NCBI GenBank assembly: GCA_028534125.1
Contig: CM052816.1
Coordinates: 97,776,001 to 97,840,000, forward strand
Length of the DNA stretch: 64,000 nt
Source of the DNA: Lama glama
Taxonomy: Eukaryota
Reading direction: 5' to 3'
The position numbers and the translations under genes are program-made. Below are positions 25,640 through 39,120 of the stretch, piece after piece (position 1 is the stretch's first letter; the number at the start of each line of letters is the position of its first letter). The notes under the pieces were generated by a model. It did no database searches. It was not told where the DNA came from and worked only from the letters and a program-made list of their open reading frames with translations.

Positions 25640-26045
25640 CTTACCACTTCTGTGATTAGGTTATAACAGACCTGACTTGCTTTCTCAATAGACTCCTCTA
25701 TCCCTTCTCAGCCTGTACACCTTAATGAAGCAGGCTGCCTTAGAAAGGAGGCCCACATGGCAAGGATTGACAACAGGCTTCAGCCAACAGCTGGCAAGGA
25801 GCTGAGGCCCTCAGTCCAACAGCACACGAGGATCTGAAGGCCGCAGCCACCTCTGAGTGAGCATGGAGCCAGTCGCTCCCCAGCTGAGCCTTCAGATGAG
25901 ATCATGACCCTGGGTTGGTGCTGTGCAAGACAGCGGGAAGCAGAGCACCCAACTACACTCTGCCCTGATGCCTGAGCCACACACACTGTGAGGTAACGGA
26001 GGTGCCACGTTTGGGGTGATTTGTTACACAGCAGCAGATGACTAA
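25640..26045 (+). mobile_element. MLT1-type LTR relic
   Basis: gcccacatggcaagga, gctgaggccctcagtccaaca, gagccttcagatgag, tttggggtgatttgttacacagcagcagatgactaa. Confidence 0.7.
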
Positions 26046-26332
26046 GAAACTAGTTCAGCTAGTGGATTTCAAGAATAAATCATGAAATCTTCAGGAAAAA
26101 GTGAATCGACATTAAGGTTTTTTAAAAAAAAATCAGACTAACTGTATTCTCTGTAGCAATATTTGATACTAAAAGACAATAGAATAAGTGTTTGCAAAGT
26201 CATAAGGAAAGTAAAGTGCAAACCAAGAACACTATACCCAGTTAGATGTTGTTCCAGTAAAGAGTTGAAAAATAAATAAACAAATGTGTCTGTTGACACT
26301 TCAGAGGTAAGCTAGGTCAAGGGTATGATTTG

Positions 26333-26759
26333 CAGAGAAGGCGGCAATGACCCACAGTCCTGACTCAGCCCATCATCTGTTTTAATGTGACTCATAAGCT
26401 GAGCATAGTTCTCACATTTTAAAATGATTTTTAAAATCAAACAGTGATTAATAGTTTGTGATGTGAAAATTATGTGAAATTGAAATTTCAGTACCCATAA
26501 ATATAACTTTTACTGGAACACAGCCACATCTATTCATTTACCTCTTGTCTGTGGTGGTTTTTTTTAAAACTTTTTAATTGACAAGTAAAATTGTAGGATA
26601 TTTAAAGTGCACAAATGATGGTTTCATATATGGATGCTCTGTGAAAAATTTACCCCCACCACCTAAAGTGACAACAGCAAAGTTTACAGCAAAAATGGCT
26701 GTCTGCTCACAGAACAGAATTACTTTCTGACCCTTGACATAAAAGTTTGCTGACCCCTG
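26333..26759 (+). mobile_element. MER58B-like hAT-Charlie DNA transposon relic, interrupted by a short minus-strand L1 3' fragment (~26558-26660)
   Basis: gtgaaaattatgtgaaattgaaatttcagt-cccataaatataacttttactggaacacagccaca and terminal aaaagtttgctgacccctg. Confidence 0.7.
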
Positions 26760-29749
26760 ATTTGTTCCTTTTTCACTTAATTCTTATTTTTCCTTTATTC
26801 ATCTTTGCCAACAGACACAATTTCACAGACTAAGGAAATGAGCGGTAAACTCAAGAGACCCTGGTTTGAGGCAGTGACACTGCAAAGAGCTAGCTTCCAA
26901 AAAAGACATTCAGGCAAACGCATGGTTCTCACTCATTTAATTTCTAAAGGAAACTGATTTCCGGTGGAAACCAGAAAGGGAAATGTTAAACTATTTCTGA
27001 AAAAAAAAAAAACATGGAAAGAAAGTGCCTTCTTTCCTACATCCTCATCTATTCTACAAGTATTTCAGGTTTTTAATCTCTCTCATCTATGTATATATTC
27101 AGGAAACCTCTGGAAGAAATGTGATCCATTGTCAAATTTCAAAAACACATAAAAATGTTCCTTGGATTTGTTACCTCTTTTTCAAGCTCAGTATCTAGGG
27201 GGTTGTTTTAATTTTTCTTTTCAAATTTATTTATAGACATCATGCATCCCCCAAAAAGCCTGATCTTTCGCTTTTCTTATTTCAAAACATCCCCTGGAAG
27301 AACCACATTTAATCAAAACACGCTCTTTGTCCCCTGCTGATTTCTATAGAAATACACAACATGCATGTGCTTTTACACACTATTTTCCACGGACTGTGTT
27401 GTTTTTATCACCAGAAATTTCCAGGGCTCTGAAAAGATGAAAAGGGAACAATTCCTACGATAATCTCCCAAGAGTTAGCACTCACTTCGCTTTATCCTGC
27501 CAGTGAGGGCGCAGGGGCTGGATGCACCATGGGTGCAAGTAGAGAAAAGCTCCCACGTGCATGGAAGTGAAAGCTGACTCAGCAGATCCAGTCTCACGTT
27601 TCCCGCTGACACCAGGAAAATCAGACGGAGTCAGAACTTCAGGAGTGATAATGTTGTGATACGTCCTCCTGTGGAGGAGAATCTGGGGTAGCCCCACAAA
27701 TACTCTGTTAAATGCAATCGTGTCTGATTGTTTTAAGGCTTTGGTATGACGTAGACCCAACTGTGGACAATTCTTTCACCAAAAGTACCTGCAAAAGGGG
27801 TGCTTTTACAGCCAGCAATTCGTCATCCTCCTAATGGCCTTTTGCAATGAAACTCAAAAACAGCCAAGACTCCTCTTCGGTGTGTTCTGGGGCCCCGCCT
27901 CCTCCCAGACCACCCGTTCTCTTTGGGTGCCGTCCCTTCTCAATGGCCTCCCCACTTCAGCGGCTTCTGGTCATTTTCAGAGCCTATCACTGAAATCCCT
28001 CACAAGTGAGTCACTGGAAGAAGTAACCTTCTGTTACATGCAGAATTCAATTAAGCAAACCCTCTCACTGCATAAAAGAGGCTTCGCTGTGTGCCCAGAT
28101 TCGATCAGTGCCAATTTATGACTTTGTATCATTCATCTGAGAAACCTGATTTGAGCCGAAGTGTTCATGGGAGGGAACAGCTTCACCCGTCTCTCTCCTT
28201 CTCCGTGAATTTCTCCCGTTTAACAAGAGTTCAGCATCCTAACGATTATCAGCCCAGAGGGGACAGAGGGACAGAGCCCCACACCTTGTTCAAGGCCGGT
28301 GGGGAAGCTGAACCCAAGGAGAGGGAGGAAGAGCAAGGGCAGCAGCTGACCCCAGGGGGCAGTCAGCCCCTCTAAAGGGACGCCTTCCCGTGAGGGAAGG
28401 AAGGAACCATAATCAGTGTGCACTCGACGGCCACGCTGAGCCCGTTCCCCGAGGACAGGAGCAGCGCCCGCGTGAGTCGGGGCTGGGGGAACGGGTGCGG
28501 CAGGAGCAGGGGACACGCCGGGGGGTCAGGACCGCATCCACCTGGGAGGCAGGGCCATGGCCAAGCCCCCAGGGGAAAAGCCGGCAAACGCTAAGTGGGC
28601 CGGGGTCGGTCTTGAGCTCCCTCTCACCGCGGAACTGGGTTGGGAAGCAAAGGAAATGAGAACGAACTAGTTCTTGCAGCCGGAGCAACACCGCTCGTGA
28701 GGGGCTGGCACGGGAGCAGGAACAGAACGCTTGTACCTCCACGTCTCCCTGGGTGTCCCAGTCAAGCCGGGTCGCCAGGGGCCAAGGGCGCGGTGTCCGG
28801 GTGGTTATTCCAGGCTCACAGCTGGTGAGCAGGTGGCACTGCTGACGTGCTTCCTGTCTGATAGGTGACGTCCGAGGACTCAAAAGCTGGTGGGGCCAGA
28901 GGCACACAGCTTTTTTCTGAGCATCACACTTCAGACGTGGTAAAAAGTAAAAACCAGTTCACAAGGAAGTACCAGATGGCAGGTGACAGGCTGACAAGGT
29001 ACCAACTCTCTCCCCTTGCCCTTGGATCAAACTCCTAGAAATGACAAAGGAAAAACACATTTAAGAATAGAACAAATCTATCAGTCCTATGACATGAGAA
29101 AGAAACACATCTTCAACGACAAAGCCACTCAGCTTTTTAGACTGTTTGTAACATTGGCTCACTTTGCCTTAAGACAAAACTGGGTAACTTGAAAGTGGAA
29201 TCATTATATTTAAAAAATAAAAATAAAGCCTAAAACAGACAGCACTATTTTAGTAGTTGGATGGCAAGACGCAAGAAAACTGATATTTAAGACTGGAAAA
29301 ACAGATCAACGTTATCCTGCGCAAGACATTTGGTAAACCTCTTAGCTTTTACTCTTTGGGAGGCGGGTCACACGCCAGTGGATCTCGTAGTTCTGGAGAA
29401 GATGAACAGAGAATGTTGATAGACTGTATTGTCTGTAGCTTCACTTGGAAAGCAACTACCGGAAAGAGATGAGTTCAGAGAAGGAGGAGCTAGTGGACAC
29501 GCAGTAATCAGAGGGAAGAGAGTCCAGAAGTTCCCAGTCCTGCGCGATTGGAATGGAAGGACTTGGCATGCTAGCTAAATCACTGCTGAGACGCAGGAGA
29601 CCCACCTTGCATCAAATTGTTCATTAGCAAGAATAAAACTTCCTGGGGTTAAATCACTGAGATGTTGCAGTGTTTATTATAGCAGCTGGCGTGAATCGCC
29701 CTAAGGTGATTTTCTATGTACTTGTCACAAGCAATTAGAAAGTGTAACA

Positions 29750-30660
29750 ACAGTAGGAAAAAAACTCTAAATATGCAAGTAGCAAGAAATGTGCAAGACC
29801 TGAATGGAGATACCTGTAAAAGTTGCAGAACAGCTAAAAAAATACCTGTAAAATATTTTTGCAGAATATTTTAAAAACTGAGTAAATTGACGTAACACTC
29901 ACCTGGATAGACACTGAGATAATGTCAGTTCTCCCAAAGCTGGTCTACTCAATGCAGTCTTGATTAAAATTGCAACAGTGTGGTTTTTTAGAACCTGACA
30001 TGCTGATTCTCACTTTCATTTGGCAGAGTAAATGAATGTTCCAGAATAACTAATAAAATCTAATTTAAAACATACAAAAATGGGGAAGAGACAGGCCAGA
30101 AATCAAAACATGCTGTCTTGTTATAGGAATTAAAATAATACATTTGTGGAGGAATGGAAAATAAATCATTGGAGACAAACAGAAAATCTAGAAACATCAT
30201 TAATGTGCCATTTCAGATCAGTGCTCTCTTCAACAGCATTAAACTGATTGGCCCTCATTTTGGAGAAAAATTAAATTAGATACTTATACCATGACCAAAA
30301 AAATAATTCTGAAATGATTTTGAAAGAATAGAAAGAAAATATCAGGATATTATAATCTCTGGATGGAGAAGGATTTTCTATGTTAATCACAAAATTCAGA
30401 AGTCACAAAGGAAACGCTGACAGACTGACTCCAGGAAACTTTAAAACACACAAGTGACCAAAACCAAAACCAAAACAAAAACAAAAAGCAAGCCAAAATA
30501 AACACCCTAAACAAGGAAAAATTGGACAAATGAGAGAAAATATCTGAAACATATACAACAGGCTGGAGATGAATGTCCAGATTTTATGCTGAAAAATCAC
30601 TCGCCACTCAAGATGGGAAAAGGAGCAATATAATGAACCAGTGAGAAAGACCGAATTCTA
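29750..30660 (+). mobile_element. Ancient L1 (L1ME-like) ORF2 3' relic
   Basis: A-rich degenerate L1 motifs: aagaaatgtgcaagacct, atgtcagttctcccaaa, gaacctgacatgctgattct, aaatatctgaaacata. Confidence 0.6.
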
Positions 30661-30825
30661 GAAATACATTCTGATGCAGAAAGGGGCCAAAGATACACTG
30701 TCAGTAGAAAAAATAATCAAGGGCCCCAGAATGACGGGGAAAGCCCCATGTACGTGTTCTGATGAGGTGTGTGTTTGCATATGTCTGCGAAGGCATAGAA
30801 GGAATCTAGAAATATGCAGACAGAA

Positions 30826-31290
30826 TTTTTTTGGCTTTTATGCTTTTTTAATTTTTTAAATTGAAGCCGTCAGTTTACAATATTGCGTTAGTTTCTGGTG
30901 TACAGCACGGTGATTCAGTGATACATACACATATTCCTTTTAATGTTTCTTTTTCACTACAGGCTGTTACAAGATACTGAATGTAGTTCCCTGTGCTCTA
31001 CGGTAGGGCCTTGTTGTTTTTCTACCTTATGTGTAGTAGTTAAGTGTCTGCAAATCCTGAGCTCCCACTTTATCTCTCCCCCTTTCCCCCCAGTGACCAT
31101 AAGTTTGTTTTCTATGTCTGTGAATCTGTTTCTGATTTGTAAATAAGTTCATTTGTGTCATTCTTTTTCTAAATTCCACATATAAGTGGTATCATATGGT
31201 ATTTTTCTTTCTCTTTCTGGCTTATTTCATTTAGTATGACAACCTCCAAATCCATCCCTGTTGCTGCAAATGGCATTATTTTATTCTTTT
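30826..31290 (-). mobile_element. L1 3' end, the non-inverted segment of a 5'-inverted insertion
   Basis: Degenerate poly(T), then the reverse complement of the same L1 3' UTR seen at 31690-32150. Confidence 0.9.
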
Positions 31291-32225
31291 TCACTAGTTA
31301 CAATAGACAAGACATGGAGGCAATCAAAATGTCCATCAATAGATGACTGGATAAAGAAGTTGTGGTGTATGATAAATGCTGGAGAGGCTGTGGAGGAAAG
31401 GGAACCCTCCTACACTGTTGGTGGGAATGCAGTTTGGTGCAGCCACTGTGGAAAACAGTATGTAGATTCCTCAAAAGACCAAAAATAGACTTACCATATG
31501 ACCCAGGAATCCCACTCCTGGGCATATATCCAGAAGGAGCCCTACTTCAAAGTGATACCTGCACCTGAATGTTCATAGCAGCACTATTTACAGCAGCCAA
31601 GACATGGAAACAACCTAAGTGTCCATCGATAGCTAACTGGATAAAGAAGAGGTGGTATATTTATACAATGGAATACTACTCAGCCATAAAAATAATAAAA
31701 TAATGCCATTTGCAGCAACATGGATGGATCTGGAGAATGTCATTCTAAGTGAAGTAAACCAGAAATAAAAAGAAAAATACCATATGATATCACTCATATG
31801 TGGAATCTTAGGGGAAAAAAAAGACAAATGGACTTATTTACCAAACAGAAATAGACTCACAGACATAGAAAACAAACTTACGATTACCAGGTGGGAAGAG
31901 GGTGGGAAGAGGTAAATTGGGAGTTCAAGATTTGGAGATACTGACTGATAAATATAAAACAGATAAACAAGTTTACACTGTATAGCACAGGGAAATATAT
32001 TTGATATCTTATAGTAGCTTATGATAAAAAATAATATGAAAATGAATATATGTATATTCATATATGACTGAAGCTTTGTGCTGTACACCAGAAATTGACA
32101 CAAAATTGTAAACTGATCATACTTCAACTAAAAAAATTAAAACCAAAAAAAAAAGAAGTTGTGGTGTATATATGTAATGGGATACTACTCAGACATAAAA
32201 AATTTTAAAATAATGCCATTTGCAG
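31291..32225 (+). mobile_element. Inverted segment of the same L1 (31291-31370 plus 32170-32225), split by a younger L1
   Basis: Joined, the two halves give contiguous L1 sequence lying just upstream of where the minus-strand segment starts. Confidence 0.8.
31371..32151 (+). mobile_element. 5'-truncated younger L1 insertion with poly(A) and 18-bp TSD
   Basis: ORF2 C-terminal peptide [29 protein letters not shown], 3' UTR and A tail; TSD aaagaagttgtggtgtat at 31353-31370 and 32152-32169. Confidence 0.93.
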
Positions 32226-32359
32226 ACAGAAATGTTAATAATGACTCCTAGGGGAAAAAACTCTCAAGTGTTATTTAAAGGGGAAAACAACAGTATCTCT
32301 GCTGTGTGTAAAGCCTCTGTGTTAACTCTTAATTTTACAGAGGATTGTTATATTTACAC

Positions 32360-32730
32360 ATTTTAATAGACTTCATATTTTAGGACAGCAAGACGAGTGG
32401 AGAGTGTAATAAGTGTCTAAATCCCCTCGCGCCCACACATGCGCAGTCCCCCCCACTCCCAACATCCCCACCAGGTGGTCCATTCGTTCCAGTTGATGGA
32501 ACATTGACACGTCATCACCCACAATCCATAGTTTATTTTAGGGTTCACTCTTGGTGTCGTACGTTCTATAGGATTAGACACATTACAGTGTCATACAGAG
32601 CAGTGTCACTGCCCTAAAAATCCTCCGGGCTCTGCCTGCTCACCCCTCCCTCCCCAGCCCGTGGCCACCACTGACATGTTCACTGTCTCTATCACTTTAC
32701 GTTTTCCGGAATGTCCTATGGGATAGCATC
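32360..32730 (-). mobile_element. Old L1 (L1MB/MC-like) 3' end
   Basis: ccatagtttatttagggttcactcttggtgt...cactgccctaaaaatcctc...ccactgac-tgttcactgtctctat. Confidence 0.65.
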
Positions 32731-35700
32731 ACAGACTACGTATCCCATGTGCAGATTTTAAAGTCTTCAAAAACACAGAAATACCCCTGGAATTGTCTGA
32801 GCTCAGAAGCATGCTGCTTGAAGGGCAGTGGAAACAGCTGAGGTTGGAGAATCTCAGGTGAACTCCACAAAATAAGAGATGGAAAGGGAGCTGATGAGAC
32901 CAGAGAACAAGAAGAAAAGGGATCTGTCCGCACTGGGAAGAAGTTACAGAGCCAAGGACGGCCACACAGATGTGAACCTGCATCACACACAAGTTATGAA
33001 AAATATACACGAATAATCAGGTAAAGTGTAGTTAACACTGGGGAGGAAACAAAATTGGTGCCATCTATGACAAGCATCATGAAACCACTCAGAATGTAGG
33101 GAGGATATCCTACAAGATGAAAGAAAGGTTAGATTTAGAAGACGGAATAAATGAAGGATGTCCAATAAATGGAAACTTTATTGTTCCTGCAAAAAGAAAG
33201 CAGAATAAATGCAGATTAAATGTATTTGGCCAACACCAACTTATATCCAGGTTTATTTCTTAAACTTTAATGATAAAATCCATAGTTTTTTATCCTGTAC
33301 TGGATAGAGGGGTTCGTAACCTAGAAGCAACCTTCAGATCATAAACCCAGGTGTAAACACGAATTAATTTTAAAAGAACATAATTAAGCACTAAGGAATG
33401 TCAGAGGAACATTCTGATTATGTGAAGCAAACTGTCACATCATTTGTAACAAGACAGAGGAAGGGGATTGCCTAGCAGTCAGGCTGCACTGCTCACTCGC
33501 AGGGACAGGGACGCTCAGGACTGGATTCCTCAGAGGGATGAAAGCCACTGGGAGGTTTATGTGTCAGGATCGCGTACCTCTGTGAGACAGAGGAGTATTA
33601 GTGGCAGTAAATGGGGGGAAGAAAATGAAAGAGTTCACGGGGGCAACTGTGTGTGTGAAGATCCAGGCAGCACAGCTGAGGCACTTAATAACAAGAAAGC
33701 AAGAGAACTCAACGTGGGGCATTGGCTACACACCATGGAGATGCTGAGACGCCACTCAGGGCTGTGAAACAACCCAGAGATAAGCCACAAAAGAGAGCCA
33801 CCGCCATCCCTGGCTGCAGAGACAGACGCAAGAGGTCCATGGGGGCAGCCCCGTAGGACGGAAAACTGGAACCACAGCAGGTGCACCTGATGGAAGCGAA
33901 GGTCACAGAGGTGGTGCAGCTGGAGACGCTGCCCGAGCAGAGGCGGGGAGAGACACCGGGCTTTTCCTTCCCGTCTCTCCTCTGCACGCCCTGTTGGTCT
34001 AACCCAGCAGGAGCCAGCTGGCCAGGAGCCTTGGACCTGGAGCAGGGGCAGCACGGGCAAAGGACCTGCCCCCCAGAGACAGCGGGGCAGCGGAAGGATG
34101 TACTGATAGCGGAGACTTAGCGGGCCCCCATGGACCTTTGAGAAACCCAAACAAAGATCCAGATAAGTTTGGTCTGATCATATTTCCTAAGGAGGGCAGC
34201 CATGGTTTCATGGTTAGGGGTGGGGCGGAGGAAAAAGAAACTAATTTGCAGGTACATCTTCAGTGGTGACAGAGAAAGTCACCCATCCAGGGAATGACCC
34301 ACCCAAGGAGTGGGCCTGGGGACTGAGCTACTTTGACCTAAAATCCCAAGGACACTGATGCCAAGCCAAGAACACCTGCGTTATGTATGGTCTAGAAAGG
34401 ATCCTCTAAAAACATGGGTTCAGGCTATTATTGAGCAATTACAAAAGGGAAAGTGGCTGAAATACTGTAGTTGTGTTTTCATCTTACTTGGTAAATACTG
34501 ACAGCTTTCTCTTTCCCAGACGCCAAGCTAGGGTGATGAGTCCTATAAGGAGGGTGGGTTGTCTAACCTCAGTTATTTTTCAAACTTTTTCTAGTCACAA
34601 GCCCTCTGAAATATTAGCATCCTTTGGTACCACACCTGCAAATGTTAAGGTGCTTTTCTCATCACCACACCACGCACTGGGTCCTCTTTTGCTCTGTGCT
34701 GCTGGCTGAGGCACCTGTTTAGGGTCTGGACTCCACGTTTTCATACCACCAAGAGGCCAAGTCAGCACAGGTTTCAGTAAGTGCAGGTCCTTTTTCTATG
34801 CTGAGCAGGCAGTTTTTCAGACGCCTTACCTCTTCATGTGTCAGGCTGACTCCATCGCCCAGGCCCTTAGCTCAGGTCCCAAGAAAAAGACATATTCGTG
34901 ACGGACTCATCCTTCTCTGTAGCATCATCTGTGTGGCAATGCAGCCAATCCCAAGACCTCTCTCCAGAGAGCCTCTGGAGGCTGGCCTCATGGCCCTTTC
35001 ACACCCAGCAGGGCCGTCTGTGCTCCCTGCAGAAGCAAGCCCAGAGGTGCAGTCAACTTACAGGCTTGACGTGGGGGCAGAGGGGGAGGATCTAGCTCAC
35101 ATTCCATCTCCAAACCCCTTTATGCCTGATGTGATTTCAATCTTTCCAACACATCCTGCTCCGTGTTTTCCTCAGGGCACAAAGCAGTCCGAATCCTAAC
35201 AAGATGCCCTAAGGAGATGAAAACAGGCATCTGAGTGATAATCCGGTACCACAAGCGACCACGCGAATAACATAAACGCTTCATCTCTGCAGACCTCAGG
35301 CTACAAAAACCTTCCTAACGGAGTATCCTTGCCCCAGAAGCACAGTTTTAGTGTTTCCTGCTGTTTGAAAGATGCAAGCTGGCTTTGAAATGAACATACA
35401 TGCACACATACGTTATGCCTACGTGTGGGTAAACTATTTAATCTCAAGACTTTTTTTGAAGGAAATTTTGAAAAACAAAAACTTTTGCAGCTCATGAATG
35501 TTCAGCAACCTTGACCTAGAAAGTATTCAACACCTACTATGCTTTCATAATGAGCAAGATATTTTTCCAAAGTTGCATTGAAACACAATGTGCCTCTGGG
35601 AAGGCACTCAAGGGTTAGTTTGTGTGATATTATGACTCTGGATAGTCACGGAGTTCAGGAAATTCAATTTCAAGGTAAATCAGATTTGTGCTATGATCAT

Positions 35701-36594
35701 ACACTTTACCTTATTAAATAAATCTGCTTCTAAAATGTTGATATGAAGGAATTATTCTAACTTTATTAAATGAAGTAGGAAGTTTACCACTTAAAGAAAT
35801 TCTGATGTGAATTATTTTACAAATTACACAGTCACTCTCTGATTTGTGTTTTGTTTCATATGTTCTTTTGCAAACACCTTGGGTTTTATTAGGAAAATAA
35901 ATATTTAAATGTAGAGGAGAATTTCAATTGCATTGTCTAACTTTAATTTTTCAAACTGCTACATGGAAAAGTTATTTCCAGAATGTAAAAACAGCAACCT
36001 AAGATTCTTAAATTCTTTCTACACAAACAACCACTCCTACACCCAAGCTCACCCAACAACCAAGCTGTACTAGGATGGTGGCGCCCTCTAGAGACTAGTA
36101 AAGGGAACTGTCTAACTTTAAGTGCCTTCAGTATCTCCAGGCTCTTAGAAGAATCATGATTAGAATAATGAATAGACAGTGATTTTCCTTTCTCCTCTGT
36201 TACTGCTCACACCCAAGGTATTCCACCTAAGGCAATCATTTTCTCACACTTTCATGGAAAATGCCTCCCTTTTCCTATTTTGCTATTCTTGTCTAAGGAG
36301 AATAAATTTTCCTTTCATCTCTATCTATGAATAAAAATATTTAAATGGCTCTAATTACGCTTGGGACCTCTGTCAAGGTAACAAAAATGGAAACATTGGA
36401 AATGAAATCACGCAACATCACTAACCTTAGTCTCCCTAAAAAGCCCCTTCCCAGAAATGTCACAAATTCTCTTTCCTAAGCATCGGGTTTCAACTGTGTA
36501 AACGGCTATTCATCACCAAGGACCTTTTTGTTTACACACTAGTTCACTTATTAGTTGCTGCAGACGTCGTATTTTCCAGCATTTGAATGCCTCA

Positions 36595-36995
36595 TGTATT
36601 AGCCAGAATAGGGTAGATTATCTTGCAGAAATAAACTAATCTGGAAATCTCAGGGGCTTTATCTGTAAAGTTCATTTGTCTCCCTCACAAAGTCTTCTGT
36701 GATTTCAGCCACTTTCTAGGAACACTTACTTCTGAACAGTGACTCAAAGACCCAGGCAAATTGCTTCCCACAGCTACACCATCTGGGTCCCATGGTTTCC
36801 AGCCCAGTGCGTCAGTGGAAGAGAGAACTGCAGGGGCATGCATCCTCTCTTAAGCGCTCTAAAAATCCAGGATTGATGCTTAGGATTCTGGCCCACCGTG
36901 CAGAACCTGTCACACGGCCCTGTCTAGCCCCAGGGGGCTGGCAAATGTAGGCATTATATGGATATTCACTGAGCAGTAAATGTCTCTGCCACACG
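36595..36995 (-). mobile_element. Old MaLR LTR relic
   Basis: tgtattagccagaatagggtagattat...gaaatctcaggggctt...aaagttcatttgtc; ends ctctgccaca. Confidence 0.5.
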
Positions 36996-37489
36996 ACATA
37001 TTTCAAAATATTTTTTGAGGGATAAGAGGATCTAATACAGAATTTCAACCCACTTACACCACTCTCCATGAGACAATGTAACTTAATCAGTTGTGAGCTG
37101 CTGTATTACTTTAATAAACGTAAAAAGGGAAAGGAAAAAGCAGCATCCTTCAAGATAAAGTCCTAGAGGAATAACACTAGCCAGGTACCACTTCTCAGAT
37201 AAAGAGTTGGGTTTGGACATCTGAAGCAAGGTGTAACTAAGAAGAAAGTAACAGTAATAATCTCCTGGGCAAGAGTTGCAACGATTCCTCATGAGCTAGA
37301 AACAATGGAACACACTTGTGAACAAAGAGGAATAAAAGCCAAGAGTCTGATTGCTCAGCCACTTTTAGCCTCAGTGGAGGAATAGCACCTCCCAGTGATG
37401 CTTCCTTATATAACGCGCAGCTCCCTCACAGACCCAGGGGTTCTAACCTTGGTTTATTGCAATGCTTGAATGCTAATATATTTCTGGAC

Positions 37490-37589
37490 NNNNNNNNNNN
37501 NNNNNNNNNNNNNNNNNNNNNNNNNNNNNNNNNNNNNNNNNNNNNNNNNNNNNNNNNNNNNNNNNNNNNNNNNNNNNNNNNNNNNNNNN
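37490..37589. other. Assembly gap (100 N)
   Basis: Run of N. Confidence 1.
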
Positions 37590-38079
37590 TCACTCAAGCC
37601 AGGGAGCTGTGGGGAACCACCTGGTTTCCTGACAAAGAGGACCAGCCCTGGTGCTGCTGGAGCCAAAACAGCAACAAAGACAAAGCCAGTGCCAGTGCCA
37701 TGTGAGGTCAGGATGAGCAGGAGTCAGCTAGGAGCCCCACGGTGACCACGGCCCCATCTGTCCATCGATGATGCTCAGACTCTCCCTTGAGTTGACCCCA
37801 CTCTCATCCTGTCCCTATGGCAATGGACACATTCAAGCTTTGTGGATGTAGAAGAGAGAGGGGACGGGAATCCTTCCATGGAGGATGTCACTGGGAGAGG
37901 GAACTTTGAAGAGCAACTGGATTTAACCCAAAGTGTGCCCAGAAAAGGATGATCATCATGACTAGACTACCTGGAACTCAGTAACAACAAATACCTACAA
38001 ATGCAACATAGAAATAAAAATGGCAAACTAAACGTGTTTGCTTTGCACAAAAGAAGGCAGCAAAGGATGCTTAGAGGAG

Positions 38080-39120
38080 GAAAAATGAGGTGAGACAGAA
38101 AAAAATATAGCAAAATACTAAACATAATTGCAACTAATTCAATGGATTAAACCCTCCAACCAAAAGGCAGAGATTATCAGAATGGCGAGCTGGAACCGTC
38201 CCTATACTGTCCACAAGAGATACAGGTTAGGTATAAAGACACAAAACAAAAGTAAAAGGATAAGCAAATACACACCATGAAAACAGCAGTCCTCAGACAG
38301 CTGGAGCGGCTGGAGCGATGGCAACCTGATGGGATAAGAAGAATCTACGGAGCGCGTGGTTAACACGGCACCTGGTGATTCAAGGGTGTCCCCACCACTT
38401 GCCTCCGATTGTGCGCAGGTTCTGGCCCGTCTAGCGAGGCAAGAAAAGGAAATTAAACGCGGACACTTGTGAAGAGTCCTTGTGTGGACGGGTGTTTCCA
38501 TGTCTCGGGTAGATACGTAACGTAGAATGTCTGGGCTGTGTGACAGGCGTAAGTTTAACTTTTAAAGAAACTGCCAAACTGCTTTCAAAAGTAGCGTTTT
38601 ACGTTCTCCTGGGCAAGGGATGAGGGGTCCAAGTCCTCCACACCCTTGTCTACACGAGGAAGCTTTAGTCCTTTGGAATCACTGTTCACAGCAGCAACAT
38701 TTGTAACGGCCCCGGACTGGAAACCATCAAAATGCCTGTCTGTCAGCAAATCAGCAGAACGTGGTGTGTCTGTGCAATGGAGTTCTTCTCGGCAGCTGGC
38801 AGAAACAGTGCTGATACGTGCAGGGCATCATGGCAAGTGAAAGAAGACAGTACTGTTTGCATGATTCCGTTTATGTGAAAATGTCTACAAATGTCAAAAA
38901 AAAAAAAGAACCCTAGAAAGAAAGATCAGTTGCCTGCGGTGGAAGTGGGACCAGGATTCACTGTAAATGGGCAGCAGGGAACTTTTGGATGTGATGGGAA
39001 GTTTCTGAAACTGGATTGCTTTGATGTTTGCACAACTGTACATTACAAAAGAATGATTGAACTGTACATTTACAGCGGGTGAAATTGTGTGTAGTCAGTG
39101 ATAATTCAGTAAAATGGTAA
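38080..39120. mobile_element. Mosaic of old L1 fragments in both orientations
   Basis: aatggattaaaccctccaaccaaaaggcagagattatcagaatgg (ORF2 start-like, +); gtttaacttttaaagaaactgccaaactg (-); gggaacttttggatgtgatgggaagtttctgaaactggattg (3' UTR, +). Confidence 0.65.
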
